A DNA stretch of 64,000 nt, taken from Myxococcota bacterium (GTDB lineage: Bacteria; Myxococcota_A; UBA9160; UBA4427). Under the pieces are notes generated by a model. The model did no database searches. It had not been told where the DNA came from and saw nothing but the letters and a program-made list of their open reading frames with translations. The stretch spans positions 4,992,001 to 5,056,000 of the forward strand of contig OZ252299.1 in NCBI GenBank assembly GCA_965250285.1. Direction: 5' to 3'. This document shows, in pieces, positions 18,890-28,052 of this stretch; the stretch's first letter is position 1; each line of letters opens with the position of its first letter. Both the position numbers and the translations under genes were made by a program.

Positions 18890-20089
18890 ATGACAGATCA
18901 TCGGTCTCTGCGCTCCACGAAGCGAGCGCGGGCCGGTCGTGCATCGAGCAAGGGGCCGAGGCGCCTCGACCTCGACGACGCGACTTCGCGGATGCGCTTG
19001 GGGGGCACCACGGAGCGGGCAACGACGGAGGCGGGCGCGGCGAACACGTCGGCCGCAGATGCGGGTGGACCGGTCCGGTCCGCCTCGGCACCCGTACGCG
19101 TGATCGCGATCGGCGGTGGCAAGGGCGGCGTCGGCAAGACGTTCGTGTCGGCCAACCTCGTGTTCACCCTCGCCCGCATGGGGCAGCGCGTCGTCGCGGT
19201 CGATGCCGATCTCGAGGGCGCCAACCTCCATACGTGTCTCGGTGTCGGGACGCCGGACGTGTCGCTGGCCGACTTCGTCGCGCAGCGACAGGACGACATC
19301 TCGAAGCTGCTCGTGCAGACGCCCGAGCCGGGGCTTCGCCTGCTCGCCGGCACCCACGCGCACCTCGGTGATGCGCAGCCCAGTCATCTGCGGCGCGTGC
19401 GTCTGATGCGCGAGCTCAGGCAGCTGCCCGACACCGACGCGGTGGTGATCGACCTCGGGGCGGGCATGCACAGCTCGGTCCTCGACTACTTCCTGACCGC
19501 AGACGATGGGTTGCTCGTGCTGCAGCCCGAGCCGACCTCGGTCGAGAACGCGTACTCGTTTCTGCGCGCCGCCTTCTACCGCCGGCTGCGTCTCGCGATG
19601 GTCGGACACGGCGTGCGCAAGCTCGTGACCGAAGCCATGGATCAGCGCAACGAGAGCGGGCTCCGCACCCCGAACGACCTGCTGCGCGAGATCGAGCGAC
19701 GCGACCCGGGTGAAGGGCGCCGCTTCGTCGAGACGATGAAGTCGTTCCGCCCGCGCCTGATCGTGAATGAGGTGCGGACCGCCGAGGACGTCAAGCTCGG
19801 CTTCTCGGTCGCCGGCGTGTGCCGCCGCTACTTCGGCATCGAGGCGGACTACCTCGGCTACGTGAACCACGACGAGGCGGCGCGACGTTCGGTCGTCGCG
19901 CGCAAGCCCGTCGTCGATTTCCAGTCGAGCAGCGATGCCGCCATCTATCTACAGCGGATCGCGCGCAAGCTCGTCTCCGATTCGGCGGCCGCCGATGCAC
20001 CGCCGCCGCCAAAACCGAAGACGAACCTCCTCGGCGCCCCGCCGAATCCGACCACCGAGGCGTCGACCAGGCCGCCCGAAGAGGAGTGA
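18890..20089 (+). CDS. MinD/FlhG(FleN)/ParA-family P-loop ATPase
   Basis: Deviant Walker A GGKGGVGKT, VDADLEGANL, IDLGAG, and PEPTSVENAY. Confidence 0.9.
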   Translation: MTDHRSLRSTKRARAGRASSKGPRRLDLDDATSRMRLGGTTERATTEAGAANTSAADAGGPVRSASAPVRVIAIGGGKGGVGKTFVSANLVFTLARMGQRVVAVDADLEGANLHTCLGVGTPDVSLADFVAQRQDDISKLLVQTPEPGLRLLAGTHAHLGDAQPSHLRRVRLMRELRQLPDTDAVVIDLGAGMHSSVLDYFLTADDGLLVLQPEPTSVENAYSFLRAAFYRRLRLAMVGHGVRKLVTEAMDQRNESGLRTPNDLLREIERRDPGEGRRFVETMKSFRPRLIVNEVRTAEDVKLGFSVAGVCRRYFGIEADYLGYVNHDEAARRSVVARKPVVDFQSSSDAAIYLQRIARKLVSDSAAADAPPPPKPKTNLLGAPPNPTTEASTRPPEEE

Positions 20090-20152
20090 CCGAGTGCCCC
20101 GTTCGGTCTCTCGACGAACGATCAACCAAGCCCCCGCTGGATCGCCGCACGC

Positions 20153-20833
20153 ATGAAGTCGCTGCAGGATCAGAACCACTACGAGGTGCTCGACGTTCCG
20201 CGTCAGGCTGACGCGGCGCAGATCGAGCGCGCCTATCGGCTCGCGACCGCGACGTACACCGATCGCTCGCTCGCCTGCTACTCGATCTACGATGAACGCG
20301 AAGTCGAGTCGCTGCGCGATCGGATCGAGACGGCATTTCAGGTGCTCGGCAACGACGACGCCCGGGCCGCCTACGATCGTGCCATCGGCGGGAGCGGAGC
20401 CGCGCCGCAGCCGGCCCGCGAGGCTCGGCCGATCGAAGTCGATCCCGGCGCCAGCTGGCGCGAGGTGCCGCTTGCCGCCGGAGGCGCCGAGACCGAGCTG
20501 CCGGCAGCGAGTGAGGCGTTCCGCGAGCTCGAATCGGACGTCGAAGACGAGAGCGGCGAGTTCGATGGCGCGACCCTGCGCCGGGCGCGACTGCGCCGGG
20601 GCATCGAGCTCGATCAGATCTCCGATGTGACCAAGGTCAGCATCAAGAATCTGCGCCTGATCGAGGACGAGGTCTTCGAAGATCTGCCGGCGACGGTGTA
20701 CGTGCGCGGCTTCCTGAAGGCCTACGCGAGTACGATCGGTCTCGATCCCCAGCGTGTCGCGACGAGCTACATCGAGCGCTTCGAACAGGCGCGCGCCCAG
20801 CAGGGGCGGCCGCGATTTCTCGGCCGCGGCTGA
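20153..20833 (+). CDS. J-domain-like + RodZ-type HTH protein
   Basis: NHYEVLDV...IERAYR...AFQVLG...RAAYD (J-like). LRRARLRRGIELDQISDVTKV...YVRGFLKAYA (Xre/RodZ-like HTH). Confidence 0.85.
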   Translation: MKSLQDQNHYEVLDVPRQADAAQIERAYRLATATYTDRSLACYSIYDEREVESLRDRIETAFQVLGNDDARAAYDRAIGGSGAAPQPAREARPIEVDPGASWREVPLAAGGAETELPAASEAFRELESDVEDESGEFDGATLRRARLRRGIELDQISDVTKVSIKNLRLIEDEVFEDLPATVYVRGFLKAYASTIGLDPQRVATSYIERFEQARAQQGRPRFLGRG

Positions 20834-20956
20834 CCCGGCAGCGCCTCCCGAGCATTTGCGAACGTGTTCGCCGCGCGGATGGGCCGGCCCCAACGCCTCG
20901 CCGCGTCTATGCTTTTCGCTTCGGCCCCCACCATGCCCCGGCCGACGGGAGCGCCC

Positions 20957-21967
20957 ATGGCACCCGCTGACGATCTCGAGCTCGGCGCGTTCGTGCAGCT
21001 CGATGACCCCGCCGAGCCGCCGATCGAGCGCTTCGTCGTCGATGAGGAGCGGGCCGAGCAGCGCCTCGACCAGGCGATCTCGGAGCTGACCGGCGCGTCG
21101 CGCAGCCAGGTCGGTCGCTGGATCCGCGAGGGTCGGGTGCAGATCGAAGAGGCCGTGGTCACGCGTCCCGCCCGCAAGGTCCACATGGGTGAGCGCCTCG
21201 AGCTCAGCCGGCCGCGCCCCCAGGTCTGGTCGGTCGAGGCCGAGGCGATCCCCCTCGACGTCGTTTTCGAGGATGGCCACCTGATCGTCGTCGACAAAGC
21301 GGCGGGCATGGTCGTGCACCCCGCCCCGGGGCACCGCAGCGGCACCCTCGTGAATGCGCTGCTCCATCACTGCGACGATCTCGCCGGCATCGGCGGGGCG
21401 CTGCGTCCGGGCATCGTGCATCGACTCGACCAGGGCACCACCGGCATCCTCGTGGTCGCGAAGGACGACGCGACCCATCAGGGCCTGGCCGCGCAGTTCG
21501 AAGACCACTCGATCGATCGCCTGTACCGCGCGATCGTGCGCGGCACACCGAAGGCGAACGAAGGGCGCGTCGATCGCGCGATCGGGCGCCACCCGACCGA
21601 CCGAAAACGCATGTCGGTGCGGGCGCGCTCCGGGCGCGCAGCCATCACGAACTGGTCGGTCGAGGAGCGCTTCGCGGGCTCGAATCACGCGCTGCTGGCC
21701 GTGCGCCCCGAGACGGGTCGGACGCACCAGATTCGGGTGCACCTCGCGTCGGTCGGCCTGCCGCTCGCCGGTGATCGCGTCTACGGACGCGCCCGAGCGA
21801 GCAAGGCGAGCGGGCTGCCGCCGCTCGACCGCCCGGCGCTGCATGCGGCTCGCCTCGGCTTCACCCACCCCGCCACCGGAGAGCGGCTTGCGTTCGAGTC
21901 GCCGCTGCCGAGCGACCTCGAGGTCATGCTCGCCGCGCTACGAGATCGGGAGCAATCGCGATCATGA
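20957..21967 (+). CDS. rluD: RluA/RluD-family 23S rRNA pseudouridine synthase
   Basis: S4 domain (RLDQ...SRSQ), DKAAGMVVHP, HRLDQGTTG, ETGRTHQIRVH, LHAARLGF. Confidence 0.92.
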   Translation: MAPADDLELGAFVQLDDPAEPPIERFVVDEERAEQRLDQAISELTGASRSQVGRWIREGRVQIEEAVVTRPARKVHMGERLELSRPRPQVWSVEAEAIPLDVVFEDGHLIVVDKAAGMVVHPAPGHRSGTLVNALLHHCDDLAGIGGALRPGIVHRLDQGTTGILVVAKDDATHQGLAAQFEDHSIDRLYRAIVRGTPKANEGRVDRAIGRHPTDRKRMSVRARSGRAAITNWSVEERFAGSNHALLAVRPETGRTHQIRVHLASVGLPLAGDRVYGRARASKASGLPPLDRPALHAARLGFTHPATGERLAFESPLPSDLEVMLAALRDREQSRS

Positions 21968-22641
21968 ACCCGATCGAGCACGGACTTCTAGGCGAGCTCG
22001 GGGTCGAGCATGGCTTCGGCGTGCGAGGCTGGCTCGGCCCCGCGGGGCTTGTTCGCCCCGTGCAGGTGCACGGTGTCGCCGTCGCGCATCCTGACGCAGC
22101 GGGCGAGCTGGTTCCGAAAGAGGCCGATGCCGTGCTCTCGCCGGCGGGCGGACCGCCGGTCGCGGTCGTGACGGCCGACTGCGTCCCGGTGCTCGTCGCG
22201 GCGCCCCGCGGTGCGGCGGTCGGAGCAATTCATGCGGGCTGGCGGGGACTTGCGGCCGGCGTCATCGGTGAGGCACTCGCCGAGTGGCGGCGCCGATTCG
22301 GCGCCCTGGACGGGGTCGTGGCCGCGATTGGCCCCCATGCCCGAGCCTGCTGCTACGAGGTCGATGCCCCGGTGCGCGACGCGTACGCGCACGTCGACGC
22401 CCGCCTGCACGCCCGGGCCTTCTCGCCGTCGCGCCCCGGCCACTGGATGGCCGATCTCGCGGCGCTGGCGCGTGCCGCGCTGTGCGAGGGCGGCCTCGAT
22501 CCGGCGCGAGTCGGCGAGGTCGACGGCGCGTGCACGATCTGCGACGCGGCCCGCTTCGAGTCGTTCCGCCGGGACGGCGCCGCGGCCGGGCGACTCGTGC
22601 ACGCAGTGCGGCCCGCGGTGGCGCCCGTCGGTCCAGCTTGA
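21964..22641 (+). CDS. pgeF: PgeF/YfiH laccase-domain protein
   Basis: QVHG, TADCVPVL, HAGWRG, AIGP...CCYEV, CTIC...SFRR. Conserved position after rluD. Confidence 0.92.
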   Translation: MNPIEHGLLGELGVEHGFGVRGWLGPAGLVRPVQVHGVAVAHPDAAGELVPKEADAVLSPAGGPPVAVVTADCVPVLVAAPRGAAVGAIHAGWRGLAAGVIGEALAEWRRRFGALDGVVAAIGPHARACCYEVDAPVRDAYAHVDARLHARAFSPSRPGHWMADLAALARAALCEGGLDPARVGEVDGACTICDAARFESFRRDGAAAGRLVHAVRPAVAPVGPA

Positions 22642-22666
22642 CAGCCGTTCGGCCCCTGCCTACGGT
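22638..22666 (+). promoter_or_regulatory. Putative sigma70 promoter of the rho leader
   Basis: TTGACA-N17-TACGGT overlapping the pgeF stop codon. Confidence 0.7.
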
Positions 22667-23524
22667 TTCAGAGATCGTGGGCCCCAGGGCCACCATCATC
22701 CTCCTTCACACGTCGATGTACCGAAGCCGCCGCGGCTCGATCGAGCCCGGGGGAGCCCCGAAGAGGCGACGGGCGTTCGGTGCGAGGCAAGACGGCGCGG
22801 AAGGTGGGCTCGAGTCGCGCCACTCGAGGTCGATCGTCCCGATGAAATGAGAGCGGGTCCGAAACGGGACCCGGGCCCGTCGACGCAGACCACCGCCGGC
22901 GGCCAGAAACAAGCGACAGACGACACACGGCAGATCCAAGACGGACGCGAGACCCAGGCGAATCACCTCATCGAGCAATCTCGTTCAACTTTTCGGGGCG
23001 AGTGACCGAAACGGGAAACCGAAGCGGTCCAGAACGGCGGAATCAGACGGGCGTGCGATCGACCGCACCCCTCGAATCACCGCCTCCCCGACGACGCGCA
23101 CCGGCGCAAGACCGGTCGCAAGGCGGGTCCAACAGGGACGAGCCGAACGGAGCAGGGCCTGACCCCCGTTCGGGATGCACACCCCGAGCCGCCATCGCGG
23201 CGCCGCCTCCCGAGGCGCGCGGCCCGAATTCGGCTCGAGGGATCACAGCGATCGACGCGATGTATGGCGTAGCGAACGCGCAGCTTCTCCCCACCCAACC
23301 CCCCAGCAGAGCATCGACACTTTCTTCCGCGGCACGACCGCGGTCCTACCCGGGCAAACCGCCCATTCGTGACTCGAGCATCAGCCAGACCTGGAAACAC
23401 ACTCCAGCCGGAAACGACGCACAGAGCTGACCAGACCGTCACCCCCCATCCCACCCGACCGGGCCCAGGGCCCTTCCCAAAACCACCGCCGGACCCGATC
23501 CGGACCACGAAAGCGAGAAACCAG

Positions 23525-24976
23525 TTGGCCGAGCGCAATGAATCGAGCTCCAACGACAACAAGGACAAGCCGAGCCGCAGCCGGCGGGGCCGGGGGCGGC
23601 GCAGCCGCTCGGGCGGCGGCCGCGGGCGCGGCGGGCACGACGGTTCGCCGAAGCGCGACTACCTGCCGTCGGACGCCGAGCTGGCCGAAGACGAGGCCGC
23701 GCTGACGAACGACGACGGCGCCGAGAAGGTCTACGTCAAGGAGCTCAAAGAGAAGACGATGCAGGAGCTCACCGAGCTCGCTGAGGAGATCGGCGTCGAG
23801 AACGCGGGTGGCCTCCGCAAGCAGGATCTGCTCTTCGCCGTCTTGAAGGCCCAGACCGAGCAGAAGGTGAAGATCTTTGCCGAGGGCGTCGTCGAGATCC
23901 TGCAGGACGGCTTCGGCTTCCTGCGCGCCCCCGATCAGAACTACCTCGCGGGCCCCGACGACATCTACGTGTCGCCTTCGCAGATTCGCCGCTTCAACCT
24001 TCGAACGGGTGACACGGTCGAAGGTCAGGTGCGACCGCCGAAGGAGGGCGAGCGCTACTTCGCGCTCCTCAAGGTCGAGAGCATCAACTTCGAGAAGCCC
24101 GAGAAGGCGAAGCACAAGATCCTGTTCGACAACCTGACGCCCCTGTATCCCCAGGAGAAGTTCGCCCTGGAATGCAAGGAAGGCGGGCTGACGACACGGA
24201 TCATCGATCTCATCGCCCCGATCGGAAAGGGACAGCGCGCGCTGATCACTTCGCCGCCGAAGGCCGGTAAGACGATGGTCATCAAGGACATCGCCAACGC
24301 CATCGCGTCGAACAACCCCGAGGCCTACCTCATCGTGCTGCTCATCGACGAGCGGCCCGAAGAAGTGACCGACATGCGCCGCACCGTGAAGGCCGAGGTC
24401 ATCTCTTCGACCTTCGACGAGCCGGCCACCCGCCACGTGCAGGTCGCCGACATGGTGATCGCCAAGGCCAAGCGTCTGGTCGAACACGGCCGCGACGTCG
24501 TGATCCTGCTCGACTCGATCACTCGCCTCGCGCGCGCCCACAACACGGTCGTGCCGCACTCGGGCAAGATCCTGTCGGGCGGTGTCGACTCGAACGCCCT
24601 GCACAAGCCGAAGCGCTTCTTCGGTTCGGCGCGCAACGTCGAAGAGGGCGGCAGCCTGACGATCGTCGGCACCGCGCTGATCGACACCGGATCGCGCATG
24701 GACGAGGTCATCTTCGAAGAGTTCAAGGGCACCGGTAACAGCGAGATCGTGCTCGATCGCAAGCTGGCCGACCGGCGCACGTTCCCTGCCATCGACATCA
24801 ATCGGTCGGCGACGCGGCGTGAAGAGCTCCTCATGGACGAGAACACCCTCAACCGCATGTACATCCTGCGCAAGGTGCTCGCCCCGCTCTCGCCGGTCGA
24901 CTCGATGGAGTTCCTGCTCGGCAAGATCAAGGCGACCGAGGACAACGCCGAGTTCCTCGAGTCCATGAACTCGTAG
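23525..24976 (+). CDS. rho: Transcription termination factor Rho with an RG-rich N-terminal extension (TTG start inferred; frame open from 23369)
   Basis: [63 protein letters not shown]. Confidence 0.97.
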   Translation: MAERNESSSNDNKDKPSRSRRGRGRRSRSGGGRGRGGHDGSPKRDYLPSDAELAEDEAALTNDDGAEKVYVKELKEKTMQELTELAEEIGVENAGGLRKQDLLFAVLKAQTEQKVKIFAEGVVEILQDGFGFLRAPDQNYLAGPDDIYVSPSQIRRFNLRTGDTVEGQVRPPKEGERYFALLKVESINFEKPEKAKHKILFDNLTPLYPQEKFALECKEGGLTTRIIDLIAPIGKGQRALITSPPKAGKTMVIKDIANAIASNNPEAYLIVLLIDERPEEVTDMRRTVKAEVISSTFDEPATRHVQVADMVIAKAKRLVEHGRDVVILLDSITRLARAHNTVVPHSGKILSGGVDSNALHKPKRFFGSARNVEEGGSLTIVGTALIDTGSRMDEVIFEEFKGTGNSEIVLDRKLADRRTFPAIDINRSATRREELLMDENTLNRMYILRKVLAPLSPVDSMEFLLGKIKATEDNAEFLESMNS

Positions 24977-25293
24977 CGTTCGGGCGCCGACCGGCGCGAC
25001 CGGCTCTCGGGTGAGCTCAGCGTGGCCGTGCCCGGCGTGCGCGTGCCGTCGGCCTGCGCGCGAGCGCCTTGATCTAGCGGGAGATCCGAACGCGGGGGAT
25101 CGTCCGACGCGGCGGTGACGCTCTCCGCGTCCCATTCAGACGCGCTTCGGCGGGTTTCGGGACCCTTTCGCGTGCGAGCGGCACCTATTGCCTAGGTGCG
25201 CTGCGCGCGTGGCCTGCCGGGACCGATCTACGAGCAGGTCGGTCGGGTCGGTGACGCGCCAGGATCTGCGCGTCGGGGCGGTGGAGGTCGATC

Positions 25294-26970
25294 TTGGGTC
25301 GGAAGCACGTTTGGATCGGACTCGTCCTCGTGCTGGGCGTCGCCCTAGTGTGGTTCGCCTCGACCGCGTCGCGACCGTCCGACCGCGTTTCGCCTGCAGC
25401 GGCCGCGCAGCAGACCGCAGCGACTCATCCCGACGCCCCTCACGACGAGACGCCCCACGCCCGCGACTTGGGTGGCACCGGTTCGCGCGCAGCGGATGCG
25501 GCGTCTGGCCGATCCGAAGCGGCGAACGCCGACGCACCTCCCGCCGAGCACAAGCCCGCCGACTCGCTCGACGACGCCGATTGGCCCGTGGTCGAACGCC
25601 GCATCACCGCGGCGGTTGCGTTTGCCCGTGATGTGAAGGGCGTCCACGTATCCCCCGAGCTCCTCGACCGACTGCAAGAGGGCGGTGACGTCGATGTGAC
25701 CATCGAGCTCGCGTCGGGCTTCCACTCGGTCGACGACTCGCTCGCTGGCACGCGGCATGACGCGCCCTTCTATCTCAAGCACGTCCCGTTCACCCAGGTG
25801 CGGGTCGGCCCGCAAGCGCTCGAGAACCTGCTGCGCTCGTCTCGAACGGGCTCGGTTTCGGTGAGCCTGTGGGCGGCGCCCTCGCTCGCCGAGACGATCC
25901 CGCTCGTCGGCGCCGACGTGGCGCACGATTGGGACGCAGAGGGCGAGGGGCTCACGGTCGTGGTAGTCGATACCGGCGTCGAGACGGATCACCCGTTCTT
26001 CGCGGGTCGCATCGTCGACGGCCACTGCTTCTCGTCGGGTGCCCTGTGTCCCGGTGGCAGCACGATCGCCACTGATTCGATCGCGGCCGGCGATGCGTGC
26101 GAGTCGCCCACGTACGACTGTGAGCACGGCACCGGGGTCGCCGGCGCCGCGGTCGGCGCCGCCGGTTCGCGCGTGGGCGTCGCGCCTGCCGCGTCGTTGA
26201 TCTCGATCATGGCCGCGTCGCCCCTCGACGAAGGCAACGAGCTCGGCTTCACCTCGACCGATCTGGTGCGCGCGCTCGAGCAGGTCTACGACCAGCGCAA
26301 CGAGTACGCGATCGCTTCGGTCAACCTGAGCCTCGGCACCGACCCGGTGCCGAACGCGGCCTGCCAGGATCTCCAGCCGAGCTTCAACGCGGTGCTGGCC
26401 CTGCTGCGCGATGCCGAGATCGCGGTGGTCGCTGCGGCGGGCAACGAAGGCGAGAGCGAGGACGGCAAGCGCAATCTGAGCTGGCCTGCGTGCGTCGACG
26501 GCGTCGTCAGCGTCGGCGCAACGACCAAGGACGACGAGGTCGTCGGGTTCAGCAACTCGTCGAGTCGCCTCGACCTGCTCGCGCCCGGCGTCGGCGTTCG
26601 CACGTCGAACGTTGGCGGCGGCTATGCGTCGGTGAGCGGCACGTCGATCGCCGCCCCGCACGTCGCGGGCGCCTTCGCGACGATTCGCAGCGTGTACCCC
26701 GACGAGCAGGCCGATCGCATCCTGCTCGCGCTTCGAATCAGCGGGCAGTCCCTGCGCGACGACGCCAACGGCGTCACGGCGTCGCGGATCGACGTCGCCG
26801 CCGCGATCGTGCTGATCGAAGATGGCGATCTGCGCTGGGACCACGAGAAGGTGTACGACGAGGTCTTCGACGGGCCTTCGAAGTGTGGGTTGATCGGGGT
26901 CGAGATGCTGCTGCCGATCGCCGCGCTGTCGCTGGCGCGAATGCGACGGGCGAGGCGCTCGGCGCGCTAG
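25294..26970 (+). CDS. Secreted S8 subtilisin-like serine protease with a C-terminal sorting/anchor tail
   Basis: Catalytic triad motifs VVDTG, HGTGVAG and GTSIAAPHVAG, plus AAAGN. N-terminal hydrophobic segment. C-terminus CGLIGVE-hydrophobic-RMRRARR. Confidence 0.92.
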   Translation: MGRKHVWIGLVLVLGVALVWFASTASRPSDRVSPAAAAQQTAATHPDAPHDETPHARDLGGTGSRAADAASGRSEAANADAPPAEHKPADSLDDADWPVVERRITAAVAFARDVKGVHVSPELLDRLQEGGDVDVTIELASGFHSVDDSLAGTRHDAPFYLKHVPFTQVRVGPQALENLLRSSRTGSVSVSLWAAPSLAETIPLVGADVAHDWDAEGEGLTVVVVDTGVETDHPFFAGRIVDGHCFSSGALCPGGSTIATDSIAAGDACESPTYDCEHGTGVAGAAVGAAGSRVGVAPAASLISIMAASPLDEGNELGFTSTDLVRALEQVYDQRNEYAIASVNLSLGTDPVPNAACQDLQPSFNAVLALLRDAEIAVVAAAGNEGESEDGKRNLSWPACVDGVVSVGATTKDDEVVGFSNSSSRLDLLAPGVGVRTSNVGGGYASVSGTSIAAPHVAGAFATIRSVYPDEQADRILLALRISGQSLRDDANGVTASRIDVAAAIVLIEDGDLRWDHEKVYDEVFDGPSKCGLIGVEMLLPIAALSLARMRRARRSAR

Positions 26971-26979
26971 CCCACTCGA

Positions 26980-27269
26980 TTGCAGGACAGACTTGGGTGC
27001 CAGGGCCGGGGCGGATGGGGGGCGCCGTGCTCGGACATTTTCGGGCGCAGGGGCTTGGTTGCTCGGAGCGAGGGTGACGGGCGCCCTGCGAACTGCGCGC
27101 GGCACCCCCCATCCGCCCCGCTCGGTTGCAGGACAGACTTGGGTGCCAGGGCCGGGGCGGATGGGGGGCGCCGTGCTCGGACATTCTCGGGCGCAGGGGC
27201 TTGGTTGCTCGGAGCGAGGGTGACGGGCGCCCTGCGAACTGCGCGCGGCACCCCCCATCCGCCCCGGCC
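26980..27269. repeat. Tandem duplication of a 146-bp element with long internal inverted repeats (REP/MITE-like)
   Basis: Copies start at 26980 and 27126 and are nearly identical. Each has arms CGGGGCGGATGGGGGGCGCCG and CGGCACCCCCCATCCGCCCCG. Confidence 0.92.
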
Positions 27270-27339
27270 TCGGGCGGGCTCGTTGGTTCGCTTGGTCGGG
27301 TTGGGGGTGCCCGTTCGCGCGAAGGTGACTGGGTGGGGG

Positions 27340-27981
27340 TTAGAAGACGAAGTAGATGCCGGCGGAGGCGTCGCCGGTGAAGAGGATCTTGCCGTCGTCC
27401 GACTGGATGCACGGCTCGCCGCCTTGTGAGCAGAAGATGTCGGTGCCGTCGGGCATTGCGGTCGACAGCACGCGCCCTTGCATGCGCAGGCCGACGTGGC
27501 GCCCGAGCGGGATCTTCACGCCCCCGTGGACCCCGACGGTGAAGAACCACTGGGCCTGGGCGGTCTGGCGATCGGGCTGGTAGCCGGTGGCACCGACGCT
27601 CAGCCCGACGACGGGGTAGAGCCACGGGCGAAGCTCGGTGTCGGCCTCGAGGCCGGCCTGCACGAGATGCACGAACACCGGCACCTGGGTGTCGGGGCGC
27701 GTATCCGAGCGCACCTGAAGCGGCGAGCGCTGGAACTGGTAACTGACGAAGAAGACCTGGGCCATGTCGGGCCGCGGACGCAGGCCGAACATGCCGCCCA
27801 CGGTCCAGCCGGGCTCGAACTCGGCCGACACGCCTTCGGTCGGCAGATCGCGGCGGAATGCGGCGCCCCCGAGCAGCGTGATCTCGAACTCGGGATCGAA
27901 CTCGGCTCGGGCGGGGGCGGCCGTGCCGAGCGCGAAGATTCCCACGCAAGCGACCGAGGCGACGAGGATCCAACACCGCAT
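27340..27981 (-). CDS. Probable outer-membrane beta-barrel protein
   Basis: Signal peptide (MRCWILVAS...APARA), alternating hydrophobic strands, and a C-terminal ...GIYFVF beta-signal. Confidence 0.75.
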   Translation of the reverse strand: MRCWILVASVACVGIFALGTAAPARAEFDPEFEITLLGGAAFRRDLPTEGVSAEFEPGWTVGGMFGLRPRPDMAQVFFVSYQFQRSPLQVRSDTRPDTQVPVFVHLVQAGLEADTELRPWLYPVVGLSVGATGYQPDRQTAQAQWFFTVGVHGGVKIPLGRHVGLRMQGRVLSTAMPDGTDIFCSQGGEPCIQSDDGKILFTGDASAGIYFVF

Positions 27982-28052
27982 CGCGGCATGATACCGGGAT
28001 TGGGGGCGGGCATGGTCGAAGTTCCCCGCACCCTTCGGCATGATGGGGCCCC

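Noticed and set aside
22845..23430. Small ORFs in the rho leader (e.g. 23002-23430) as genes
   Set aside because: Low-complexity translations with atypical codon usage and no motifs. Kept only as possible leader sequence.
26980..27269. 146-bp duplication as a CRISPR array or IS element
   Set aside because: The inter-arm sequence is the same in both copies (no variable spacers) and there is no transposase ORF.
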